Virus record (IMG/VR): IMGVR_UViG_3300013936_000015
Location: 64,001 to 128,000 of that record
DNA from: a virus
Taxonomy: Duplodnaviria; Caudoviricetes
DNA length: 64,000 nt
Direction: 5' to 3' (one strand)
Under the pieces are notes generated by a model, which saw nothing but the letters and a program-made list of their open reading frames with translations, made no database searches and was not told where the DNA came from. Positions 15,166-25,922 of the stretch are shown piece by piece. Position numbers and translations under genes: made by a program. The first letter of the stretch is position 1; each line of letters starts with the position of its first letter.

Positions 15166-15844
15166 ACTCTTGTTTATTTGGCATTATAGGCATCGCTAGT
15201 GACCGATAGTATTTTATGTACTAATCAGCTACAGCATTCTTTATTTCCTTATCTAAAAATGAAAATTTCTTATTTGTCTCCTCTGTCTCGCAACATTTAA
15301 AATTATCTAAATCCCTTGGATCTTTAAAAATAGCAACAATGGAGATTTCTTTTAACATTGGAGCATTAAAAACATACCCATCAATCATTCCTTGAATATT
15401 CTATACGGGATCTAAAAATACCCAAGGTCTCTTCTTTCCCCTTTTTCTATATTTCTAAACGTAATTAACTTCATAAGGAGAAGAATAGATAGTAAAAGGC
15501 TACCTTCTATCTGTAGAACCAATATATTTTATTGCATCCTGCCCAAACACATCCACCATCACTGCCGGTATCTAAAAATGTAACTAAGGCTCTCCCACAT
15601 AATCAGAATTACAAGAACACCTATCTAAATCCTAACAGTCAATAGGAATGCAATTAATAGATTCTACTAATTCATCAATAGGTAAAATACCTTTAAGAGA
15701 ATATTGCTTAATGAGATTTAATCTAGTGGCTACTATATCATCTTCTAACTACTCAATGCTAATAGATGAATTATGGTGATAACCCTTTAAACCACTTACT
15801 ATGTCATTATATACAGCAGATGCTAATTTGTTTATTAAACTCAT
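15155..15844 (-). CDS. Ring/tail structural protein (229 aa, TAG=Gln)
   Basis: MSLINKLASAVYNDIVSGLKG..SIEQLEDDIV..ISIVAIFKDPRDL. Absent from the ORF track because of internal TAGs. Confidence 0.7.
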
Positions 15845-15850
15845 AGAAAT

Positions 15851-15893
15851 AAAAAAAGGTACTAACTAACAAAAATTAGTTAGTTAATACCTT
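15851..15893 (-). terminator. Intrinsic terminator-like hairpin
   Basis: aaggta-ctaactaa/ttagttag-tacctt stem with a downstream T-run on the minus strand. Confidence 0.55.
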
Positions 15894-15920
15894 AAACAAT
15901 TAAAATTTATAAATCATAAA

Positions 15921-17084
15921 TTACTTCGCAGGCTGACGAATGCCATCCTTTAAGAGAGTATCTGCAGGATTACCTGTCATTGTATCCCCCTCTGTCTTAG
16001 ATGCAGCAGCATCATCCTGAAGAGCTTTAATCTTCTCTGCATCATCAGCAGAATCTACAAGAGTATCCTTGTCAACAGCCTTATCATCATAATCAGACTG
16101 AACAACCTCAAATGTACCAGTGACATCTGCCTTGATAGAATCAAGAAGAGTATCAAAAGCATAAGAAGGATTGGAAACATCCTGAGCACCATTATCAAGA
16201 ATAAAGAAGGTATGCATAGTTTCACTATAAACCTGCTGGCCAACAGCACTCATACCACCAAGACCATCTCTTTTGGCACAATAAACAATGATATATTCAT
16301 TGTACTTGCCACCGATAATGGGCTGCTCATCCTGATAAGGAGACTCCCAATCACGATGTGCACAAGTAGGCAAGAATACATCCTTGATAAGATGACGGTA
16401 TGTACCAAAACTCTCATGACCCTGCTTAATAACAATACCAGAATCAGCATCCTCGTAACCACCAAAGGCAGAATCATTGCAGCAAGAATAACCATAAAGC
16501 TCAGGATTATAAACCTGCATCTCTGCACGATTAACAATCTGATACTCCTCAACACCAGTAATAGTTACCTTGGTATCAGCAGCAGTAATAGAAAGATGCC
16601 GCTCACCAAGAACCATCTGGCCTTGTCTCTTTGCATCCTTAGCAACAGAAGCAGCTAACTCTGCAGCAGTCTGCCCCTTCTTGTATGCAAACTCAATAAA
16701 GAACTCCTTGCCATAACGAGCATAAGCGTCTGCATAAGAAGGATCTGTTCTACGAAGATTGATAAATAATGCAAGTCTACCAAGACCACTGTCCTTCATT
16801 GTCTCAGTATCATCCTCATTAACAGAAGCAATAAACTTTGTCATATCAAACTCTACCTGAAAGTTCTGAGGATTCTCCCAATGTCTCTTGGCAATGCGAA
16901 CGATATTCTTTACATTAAAATTGAAATCCTTGGCAATATGAATAAACTTCTCATCACCCTTTGTTCCAATATAAAATCTACCATAAGTCTCCTTACTTGC
17001 ATCTGCGCCAGTCTCTGCCTTGCTGGTGCTTGTGTACTCTGGAGCCAGAGTATTAATCAAAGTAGTTGTTTCAAAATTTAACAT
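15921..17084 (-). CDS. Abundant structural protein (auxiliary capsid/virion protein)
   Basis: Intact 387-aa TAG-free ORF with MCP-like codon usage, in the head-tail module. Confidence 0.75.
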   Translation of the reverse strand: MLNFETTTLINTLAPEYTSTSKAETGADASKETYGRFYIGTKGDEKFIHIAKDFNFNVKNIVRIAKRHWENPQNFQVEFDMTKFIASVNEDDTETMKDSGLGRLALFINLRRTDPSYADAYARYGKEFFIEFAYKKGQTAAELAASVAKDAKRQGQMVLGERHLSITAADTKVTITGVEEYQIVNRAEMQVYNPELYGYSCCNDSAFGGYEDADSGIVIKQGHESFGTYRHLIKDVFLPTCAHRDWESPYQDEQPIIGGKYNEYIIVYCAKRDGLGGMSAVGQQVYSETMHTFFILDNGAQDVSNPSYAFDTLLDSIKADVTGTFEVVQSDYDDKAVDKDTLVDSADDAEKIKALQDDAAASKTEGDTMTGNPADTLLKDGIRQPAK

Positions 17085-17089
17085 AATAA

Positions 17090-18892
17090 TTATTTTTTAG
17101 AATTTGTGTCCTGTGCCTGAGCTGGGGCAGCTATGGACTATGATATAGCTGGATGTGTCTGTAATCTCTAATCAGACGCATTCTCCATAATAACATTTGT
17201 TAGCTCATTTATTATCTCTTGACAGATATAGTCAGGAAATTCCATTATCTGACTAGTATCCTCTGTTAAATCCATCTACTCTTGGGTTAAGCGAATATAT
17301 TGTGGTGCTTTTACATAATCTATCTAAATACCAATTAACTAAAATACAGAAGAATCCTTACCATAGCGAATCTCTAATCTCACATTAGAAGCATTCCCAT
17401 ATCTCTATCCTGCATATTTAACAACATTACTTTCCTTTAGATTATTTACATTGATAAATCTTGGGAAATTTGGATTCTTAACAGAAGCCCCTCCATAATC
17501 ATTCTATTTTAAAGATGTGTAATTACCATCAGCATCAAGATTGTATTCAGGAGTACCCTCAGTAGCAGGAGTCTGTTTAATAATAGGAGATTCTACTGGA
17601 TTATCTACTAAAGATAAAGTAGGTTCCTTAAAATTAAATGCACCTGAAGCAGCATTCTATAAAGTCTACTCTAATTTTATAAATTCCTAATAATCATCAG
17701 AATTATTGATAGAAACTGTTGTAGTTTCTTTATTGTATTTTAATACTTTCCCTAATAAACTGTTTTCAGGTATTACAAATTTTCCACCACTATGTGAAAG
17801 GTTATCCTTAGTAACAGTTGTTAAAGAAAAATCAGTCAATTTCTAGTACCCCTATATAACATTATTAGATTTTATAGGAATAGAAATAGATGTTACTTCA
17901 GTATCATTAAACTAAAGAATTGGTCTGGAATTAGTAGAATATTCACTACATACTTCTCCAGAAGGTGTGCCGGTATATTGCTGACCTTCAAGTGGACAAG
18001 TAGATACCTATAATTCATTAGAACCTAAATTAATTCCTGCAAACTTTTCACTGCCATCAATCTTACCCTAAAATTTAATATTTTTTATTTTTCTTGTAAG
18101 ATTATAAGAAGTAGATGATAAATTTCCATCAGTAGAAGTAACCTCTAATCCTAAAGAAAAAGCATCCTCTAATGGTAAAGAAAGACTTCCTTTTTTAATA
18201 GGAGTAATAACACCATCGGTATATGTCATTATTGTGCCATCTGAGCTTTCAGTTTTTGCATCAGTATGTGCATAATCTGTTCCTTCAAAAGGAATAGTTT
18301 CCTTACTGTAAAAAGAGGATTCATTTACAGGATTTGTGGGATTCTAATTACTTGTATTTAAATTGTTAATATAATAGTATGGCCTCTTATAAGAGGGTCT
18401 CATATATAAATTGTCTATTATTAATGGCCATGCATCTGCAGTTACTTTAGTAGCACCCTTCATAACAATATTACCTACATTATAAGGACAATTTATTCTT
18501 CTAAGAACTTTATATATACAGATGCAGTTTAATAGATGTAAATAGTCAGCAGGAAGAGCAAATTCATAAGTAGCACCATATATTGAATCAAGGTTTATCA
18601 CTTCAGCATCTCCTTTAATCCCATTCTCTCCATTACCCTTTAATAATTTACTAGTAACAATTTGAGATAAATCGGAAGGGGTTTTTATAGGAGTTAATAC
18701 AGCTGATGTCTTTAATACCCGTAAATTGTCTGTTCTTTGCTGATCAGTATCTACACCAAAATTATATTGCTTATTAATAAACTAATTAATTGTTTTATTA
18801 AAAAAATAATTAAAAGTTTCCAAGTCTATACTAGGAGCATTATTCTTATTAAGCTCCATTAATACATAAGTAAAGACTTCCTTTGAGGTCAT
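17090..18892 (-). CDS. Head-tail connector/ring protein with a central insertion (600 aa, TAG=Gln)
   Basis: ELNKNNAPS..FNYFFNKTINQFIN, LPADYLHLLNC, YMRPSYKRPYYYI and C-terminal IDYVKAPQYIRLTQ..EFPDYICQEII blocks in one frame. Confidence 0.7.
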
Positions 18893-18903
18893 AGTTTATT
18901 AAA

Positions 18904-19728
18904 TCATTTTTTTGTTTTAGTATCTGGCTCTAACTCTGGGAATGACTCCTTTTTAATCATTTCTACAAGTTTCTTATTAGAAGTATCTTGTAGCCATGCA
19001 ATAGCAGCATCATCAGTTGCTCCAAGAATAATCTCATCACCATACATATAAAGATTATTCTTTCTAACAATTACTCCCTTATCTTTTGCAGTAAACAATA
19101 ATAATCTATATTTTGCTTCTGCACCAGTATAAATACTTTGAATTTTAGAAGGATTACGCTTTGCAATTTCTAATAAGTATTCTGTAACATCAGAATCAGG
19201 AGCATTCTCCATATGTTTACCAAGTAATCTAGTTTTAAGAAGTCTTCCTTCAACAGAATCCTCAAAAATAAGTTTACAGGCATCATAAACTTGTTTAGAC
19301 TTACTTACTCTTGCCTTAGTTTCTACACCGGGGATATCAACATAAAGTTCTGCAATCCCATTTCTAGGATTAAGACCCTTATATTTAGGATTACCATCAA
19401 TAAGATAGTTACCCTTTTCATCCTTGGCATATCTACTAGATGCAATTAGAGGACAATGTTTGATAGCTTCCCATTCTGCATTCTGATATGGATCACTTAA
19501 ATCAAATGTCTGACCATCCTCAATCTTAAATTCCTTGTTCTCTGGAATAAAATATGGATAATCAGCACTATTCTTTTCTGCATCGGTGAGAATCATATCT
19601 CCGGAAGAGTTTACTCTCTTCACATATTTACACTGCCGCCCAGTCTTGGGATCGGGGCAAGGATTAATAGTATAAACCATTCCAACCTTTCCCCATACAC
19701 TTCTTAAAACAATAATATTATCATTCAT
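18904..19728 (-). CDS. Conserved crAss-like protein downstream of the major capsid gene
   Basis: Intact 274-aa ORF; synteny. Confidence 0.75.
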   Translation of the reverse strand: MNDNIIVLRSVWGKVGMVYTINPCPDPKTGRQCKYVKRVNSSGDMILTDAEKNSADYPYFIPENKEFKIEDGQTFDLSDPYQNAEWEAIKHCPLIASSRYAKDEKGNYLIDGNPKYKGLNPRNGIAELYVDIPGVETKARVSKSKQVYDACKLIFEDSVEGRLLKTRLLGKHMENAPDSDVTEYLLEIAKRNPSKIQSIYTGAEAKYRLLLFTAKDKGVIVRKNNLYMYGDEIILGATDDAAIAWLQDTSNKKLVEMIKKESFPELEPDTKTKK

Positions 19729-19764
19729 ACGTATTAATTCATATTAAACATTAACAATAAAATA

Positions 19765-19786
19765 TGGGAGAGAAAACTCTCTCCCA
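19765..19786 (-). terminator. Hairpin after the major capsid gene
   Basis: tgggagaga-aaac-tctctccca perfect stem. Confidence 0.6.
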
Positions 19787-19802
19787 ATAAAAAATATCTT
19801 TA

Positions 19803-20675
19803 TTATGCTTGACGAATGATATAAGAACGATATGGATTGAAGACACAAACACCAGCAACACCCATAATAACCTTCTTAGAACCAGCTACAGGAGTGGCAA
19901 CTGCACCAGACTGATTACCATCAAGACCACCAACACCAGCAATAGTATTCTGGATAAACTGGCTGTCCTTAACAGTAAACTGAGCCATTGCAGGAGTACC
20001 ACTAGCCGCATCACTAGTCAAGTCCACAATAATTCCAAAGCCTCTATCAGGATATTCCTCAGTCAAAGCTCTATCAACAGTAATATTAATACTATTGCCC
20101 AAATAGTTATAACTGTCATAGCCCATAGGATTAACCTTAACAAAACCATTAGCCTTCATAGAATACATGAAAGAACCATCGGTCTTAAACTTAGCAAGAT
20201 AATCACCAAGAACACGGTTGATATCTGCATAAAGAATCTCATTAACAATGAGATTATAAGTATTACCCTGCGGCTTCTCTGCCTTACGATTCAAAGTTCT
20301 AAGAGCAGTATTCAAAGTCTCTAACATAAAGTTAACATATACACTCTTAGAAGCAAAACGTTCAATCTGAGGAATGATACCAGCACCAATATTTACTGGT
20401 CTGCCAGTAGCAGGATCAGAAATAGTACTCTTACCATTCTTATCCATAGAACTTCTATTCAAAAGAAGTCCCTTACCACGAGCCAACATAAAGTTGTCAA
20501 GAAGAATCTTCTCCTTAGTGTCTAACTGGAAGAAGGTCTCACCCTGACCCTTAGAACCAGCCATACGGATGAACTTGTCCTCCATAATAGCAAACTGGCT
20601 TGAATAATCAATATCATTACGGAAAGTGGTAAGATAATTACGCATCTTCTGAATGTTAGACTGAGATTTTACATA
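19803..20675 (-). CDS. Major capsid protein, exon 2
   Basis: YVKSQSNIQKMRNY..GAGIIPQIERFA..GVCVFNPYRSYI. Joins exon 1 in frame (spliced 471 aa). Confidence 0.85.
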   Translation of the reverse strand, partial: YVKSQSNIQKMRNYLTTFRNDIDYSSQFAIMEDKFIRMAGSKGQGETFFQLDTKEKILLDNFMLARGKGLLLNRSSMDKNGKSTISDPATGRPVNIGAGIIPQIERFASKSVYVNFMLETLNTALRTLNRKAEKPQGNTYNLIVNEILYADINRVLGDYLAKFKTDGSFMYSMKANGFVKVNPMGYDSYNYLGNSINITVDRALTEEYPDRGFGIIVDLTSDAASGTPAMAQFTVKDSQFIQNTIAGVGGLDGNQSGAVATPVAGSKKVIMGVAGVCVFNPYRSYIIRQA

Positions 20676-22004
20676 CAATTATGTTATCAATATATTACTA
20701 TATTGTTCAGACTATATCTTTAATTATATAATGTATTTATATATATGTCCCTTCTATGTTTTATTAGTTCCATTTAACACTTTCCATACACTTGTTCCAT
20801 TTTCCTTAGCAGCAGCTGTTGCAGAATCATATAGCTTTACTAATTCTCCATTTAAAGTATATTTACCTACTCTCTTTTTACTATTAGTTCTACCTTTGGT
20901 TTTTGCAAAATATTCTGGAACTTTCACCAATGCCCATATATATCCATATTTATCAGGTTTTTTACTAATAATGGCTTTATTAAGATTATTTTTTGGAAAC
21001 TATTTTATAGCATCAATTTGTTTAAATTCCTATAAATATTTTCCATCAGAATCATATTGATAAATAGTTCTATTTAATGTATAAATAGTGTTGGCTTCAC
21101 TGTATGTGTTAGCCAATACAGTAGAAATTTTGTATCTACTATTTATAACACACCCAAAAAGTAGGGCCTAATGTATGGTAGACAGATGTAAATTTAATTT
21201 TTTTGCACACTCCATTTCTGAATTATAGGTTTTTATAAAGTTTCCAATACAATCATATATATATACTGGAACTTTATGATTATTTCCCTAATTATATAAT
21301 GATATGTCTAAACATTTCATCTTATCAGTGCTCCAAAAAGAATTACAAGATTTCTATTTAGAATATATTGCATGCTATATAGCCCCATGAGTAACATTAT
21401 TACTATCAGCAGCTTCTTTTATTGAAGAATATTCTTTTATAAAATTTCCTAAACAGTCATATTGAAATACTTTTACTTTAGGGGGAATCATATATTCTCC
21501 TCCAAGTATCATATTATAAACATCTGTTCGTTTCAAAAATTCTTCATTTACTATATAATATTCTAAATCATAAGCAGATTCAGCATCATCAAAAATCTAA
21601 ATAGTCTATCTTATAAATTTATCTGTACCATATTTTTTTACTGCACATTGAAAGTATGTTTTGGGATGTTTATAGGTATATGGCTAGTGTATGTTAATAC
21701 CACATCCTATATATCCATCAAAAACATCTGGAGTAAGTGTTTTATGTACTCCAACATATATTTTTTTGTTTACTAGATTAGTAGTTAAGTAAACAATCCA
21801 TTTATAATTAGTTTCCATTTCCATATTTTATATATGTAATCCTTGCGGATAGTCGTTAAACTTTATTATTAATTTGTTAGAAAATAACTAAAATAATAAC
21901 CTTAGCTGCTGATTGTCCCAATATCACAGGAATTTCCAGCAATTAAAAAACTTTATTTAATTTTACGCTACTAGTTTAGCAGCGGAGGAGAGCAATGTAA
22001 ACCT
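20676..22004 (-). mobile_element. Group I self-splicing intron in the major capsid gene (1329 nt)
   Basis: P1: exon GAGGAGGGU pairs with guide GCUCUCCUC, with a U-G wobble at the splice site. P10: UUUACAU/AUGUAAA. Terminal G at 20676. Core elements AAUUGCUGGAAA, AAUCAGCAG, AACGACUA and AAGAUAUAGUC present. Confidence 0.9.
20724..21824 (-). CDS. Intron-encoded GIY-YIG homing endonuclease with NUMOD1-like repeats (366 aa, TAG=Gln)
   Basis: WIVYLTTNLVNKKIYVGVH..DGYIGCG..VYNMILGG and repeated VFQYDCLGNFIKEYSSIKEAA-type motifs. ATG 21824 to TAA 20724. Confidence 0.85.
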
Positions 22005-22547
22005 ACCCTCCTCAGACATCTCAGGGAATGCATTGGACTGGAAGACTGTAAGATCACCGGGCATTGCACCGTCCATATTAATTACAGTATTGTAATCCTC
22101 ACTAATAATACGAGCTTGCAACTCATACAAGTTGGTAGCCCTCTTAATAGGATGACTTACAACAATAAACTGCTGGCGAGTCTTCTCAACCTTGAAAATA
22201 TCATACTTCTCATAATAACGATATGGGAAGAAGAATGTAATTTCAGTACCATCAGCACCATCACCCTCTGGAACAGCTGCAAAAGGTACTCTCTTAATCT
22301 CATTAGCATCAATCTGCCATTCTACCATAAAACTATCAACACTCTGGAACTTATTAGCCTTCTGCTTACTATTATAGAAAATGTTACCAAGAGCCTCAGT
22401 GTAATATGTGGCAGTACACTGTGGATACAATCTACTTACTAAACCTAAATTCTTAGGCTTATCTCCAAGAAATTTTAAAAAATTCTAATAGGTACGAGTT
22501 TCACCCTGATTAAACGAGGGATTTGAAACATAACCAATAGTTGCCAT
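22005..22547 (-). CDS. Major capsid protein, exon 1
   Basis: MATIGYVS..ETRTY(TAG)NFLKFLG..FPEMSEEG. 181 codons ending at the predicted 5' splice site. Confidence 0.85.
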
Positions 22548-22566
22548 AAATTAATTAATTTAAAGT

Positions 22567-23586
22567 TTAAAAATCTATATCATCAATACTAACAGGTTTC
22601 TTTGTATTAGGATTAATCAATGGCTTATCTGGATTACGATTAATAACAACAGGCGGTTTATTTCCTGACTGCTTTAATCCTTCTTGATAACCAGCCTGCC
22701 GTGCATTCTTTGCTACCTGACTGATATAATCCTGTATTTGATCAAAAGTGTCTTGCCCATTTAACAAGAACCAACTGGCAGCAACAACATTCTATGGATC
22801 ACTAAGTGCTTTTTGTATATAACTAACACCAGCACCATCCTTACCCAAAATAAATTGAGCAAGCTGATCTTTGTCTTCATCAGTCATTTGAATATCCATA
22901 GAACCAATAGAATTAAAATTGTCTATAGAATCAAAAATCTGATTAGCCGCCTTCTAATACTGCTCTTGTTGCTAAGCCTGATATTCTGCTTGTTCCTCTT
23001 GATTTTTTTGATCCTCTAACCCCTTATATTCTTGTCTTAATCCAGCAATCTGTTTCTGATAAGTATCAGGATTTGCTTTAGCTACTTCAAGAGCATTTTG
23101 CAATTCCTCATCTGTCATATCCTTAGCACGAAGCTGCATATCAGCAAGATATAATTCATCATCTGACAAATTATCTACTGTATACATCTTAGGCTGGGGA
23201 GCCTGCTGCTGACCCTGACTATAAATATACTGTTGATACTCTTCTGGGGATAGACCATTATCTCTTAGATAATTAATAAATTCAATCTCACTATCATCTA
23301 ACCCATTCTCAGGTTCCTCATATTTAACATTAGGAGTTTTGAGAATATTAAACTTCTCATCCTCTGTTAAATCATTCCAAGACTTATTAACAACACCACC
23401 ATTGCCATCATCAAATTTAATATTATTAGAATCCTTAATTCCAATAGTTTTCAAATAATCTGAAATGGCATCATTGGTACTTGTATTATCTTCTTGGTGC
23501 TCTTCCTATTGAGGAACACTTTCTTCATTACTTTCTTGCTGATTATTCTACGAATAATCATCAAAATCCAAATCATCAAAATCCAT
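22567..23586 (-). CDS. Acidic scaffold/cargo-like protein upstream of the capsid gene (339 aa, TAG=Gln)
   Basis: Fragments 22972-23454 and 22567-22767 are in frame; very acidic; synteny. Confidence 0.7.
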
Positions 23587-23693
23587 ATTAATCCGTATTA
23601 AACATTAAAAAATTAAAATCTCTAATTTATATTAGACATTTTATAAAATCACTCATTTGACCTTAATATAATTAATAATTATTTTTTATATTT

Positions 23694-24488
23694 TCAAATT
23701 TTTTTCACATAATTACCAATCATATTGGCAAGTTTTGTATAAAGTGGTTGACCAGAATCTCGGATACATAAATACAAAATTCCATCTTCCTTATAATATT
23801 TATCCTTATAAATTACAAGATTACCATCTGAAGGATAATCTATCGGATCATCTTTTGTACCCGACTGTTGCTCTACAATCTAAACATATAAAGAAGCAGT
23901 CTAAATAGAAGGAGGATATACCTCCTAAACAAGATGATCTTGAACAACCTTATACAATTTGTCGTCATATTGAATCTTTGTATCTTTCTTTATATTCTGA
24001 CCAATAAAAGATTCCCAAGTAGGATATAAAGACTTAACTTCAAGTGCTTGGCTATCTGTTAAAGACATAGTATTAATTGTCATAGACACAACCTTAAATA
24101 CATCTTTCTACCTAGGAGTCTATTGCACAATAGGCAAAGATTCCTCAATATTAAAATCCTTCTTTACATTGGATTTAATCTCTTTTAACAAATTAAGATA
24201 GGACTCATAATCTTCTGTCATATCTCCTCCCATCTAATAAAAATTATATGAGTTAATAAAGTCAAATTCTTCATCCTAACTCACATACTTTCTTAATACT
24301 CCTAAAACACATTTCTTATATGTAGGCTCTCCCTCTATTTTAACTGCAATAAAAGAATAACAAGAACCCGGAGTATCCTTCATTTCTTCCTATTTAATAT
24401 CATAATTATAAAACCAATATCCATTTTCTAAATCTATAAGAGTATTGGGTTTGATATTAGACTAATCTCTATTAGGATTTTCTACCAT
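23694..24488 (-). CDS. Protein with a C-terminal carbohydrate-binding (CBM5/12-like) region (264 aa, TAG=Gln)
   Basis: LYPTWESFIG..IQYDDKLYKVVQDH..PPS..ASLY..GTKDDPIDYP..YYKEDGILYLCIRDS. Overlaps the RT stop. Confidence 0.65.
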
Positions 24489-25662
24489 AAATAATACAAT
24501 TTAAAGGATATTTACAAATTAATAGCTTATTAAAATTCTATACATTTCTACTCTTAATAGTATAGGAATTTTTCTTATATATATAATGGACTTCGTAATA
24601 TTTTGTTCGGGGAACAACTTCAATGATTCTAATATTACCTTTCTTAAAGTAGGCTGTTCCTCCATTCCAATTAGAAAAATGCAAACCAGTTAATTTCTCT
24701 ATCTTAAATAATAAATTCTTGGAATCACAATATTTCAACCACCCAAAATAAGAAGATAATTTTGAAGAAAGATCATCAAATGACAATTTATGCTGCTTAT
24801 ATTTATTTATAATTTTGAAGATTTTTTGTTTAATAGATTTCCTGATTTTTGTGTAATTATGATAAAACACATAACCTACAAAATCTATTCCCCTAGATTC
24901 TACAGGAAAAATTTGATAATTCCCCTTCACTTCCAGATTTAAAATATATTTCAAATAAATCTTGATTAAAATTAAATACTTTCTTAACTCTTCCTTATTA
25001 TCAGATAAAATAATAATATCATCGGCATATCTAAAATAATACCTAATTTTCACTTCCTCTTTTAACCAATGATCAAAATAACTTAAATATAAATTAGCAA
25101 AAAATTGAGAAAGATAATTGCCTATGGGAATACCATCAGTAGAATCAATTATCTCATCCAATAAATTTAATAACAGTTTGTCTTTTATCTTCTTCCTAAT
25201 TATTTGTTTAAGTATATCATGGTTAATAGAAGGATAGAACTTTCTTATGTCTAATTTTAGACAATAAGTAGTCCCGATTTTATCTTTTAATGCCTTCTTT
25301 ACATCCTATACACATTTATGAATACCCCTACCCTTTATACAAGAATATGTATTTTTTATAAAAATTTTATTCCATATATGTTCTAAGGTTAAAACAATAT
25401 CCCAATGTAAAATTCTATCTGGATAATAAGGTAATCTATAAATCTCCCGCTCTTTAGGCTCATAAATCTTATAAACATCATACTTAGATGTTTTATATGT
25501 TCCATTTATTAGTGACTTCTATAATTTCAGATAGTTCTCCTCTTTATGCCTGTCATGTTTAATAATTCCTATATTATTCTTTCCACGCCGAGCATTCGTA
25601 TCTGCAAGCTCTATCCTCTTTAAATCACAAATAAAAGGATATAAATTTCCAATACGTTTCAT
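24472..25662 (-). CDS. DGR reverse transcriptase (396 aa, TAG=Gln)
   Basis: MKRIGNLY.., YEPKEREIYRLPYYPDRI, YSCIKGRGIH, LKLDIRKFYPSI, GIPIGNYLSQ, YFRYADD, GIDFVGY. Adjacent TR/VR pair. Confidence 0.95.
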
Positions 25663-25779
25663 TATGTTATTTTGGAATTTTCAATAAAAATACTTACTAA
25701 TACCATTTTTTTATAAAAACTACGATATCTTTTGCCAAGAGGCAAGGTTATTATATTAAAGATATTGTTTAAACATAAT

Positions 25780-25882
25780 AAGAGCGAAACCCGATATTCG
25801 ACTAGGAGACTAGAAGAGAATTGTTAGAGTTGAAATGAAACAACCTAGCATTAGACCAATTGTTAACGTTACTGCCTACTAG
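25780..25882 (-). repeat. DGR template repeat (TR)
   Basis: 103-nt ungapped match to VR. All 18 mismatches fall at TR adenines on the minus strand. Rich in AAC/AAT codons. Confidence 0.95.
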
Positions 25883-25922
25883 TATATTAAGTTTCAATAT
25901 AATAACCTGTATTTAATATAAC

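Noticed and set aside
16055-20324. Long antisense or alternate-frame ORFs (e.g. 16212-16658+, 19809-20324+)
   Set aside because: They are shadows of strongly biased real genes on the minus strand.
22485-22487. TAG read as Glu, since this capsid position may be Glu in homologs
   Set aside because: Most other informative positions and the tRNA body favour Gln; a single GAG-to-TAG change explains this site.
24472-25662. RT as a group II intron or retron
   Set aside because: The GNYLSQ motif and an adjacent adenine-specific TR/VR pair identify a DGR.
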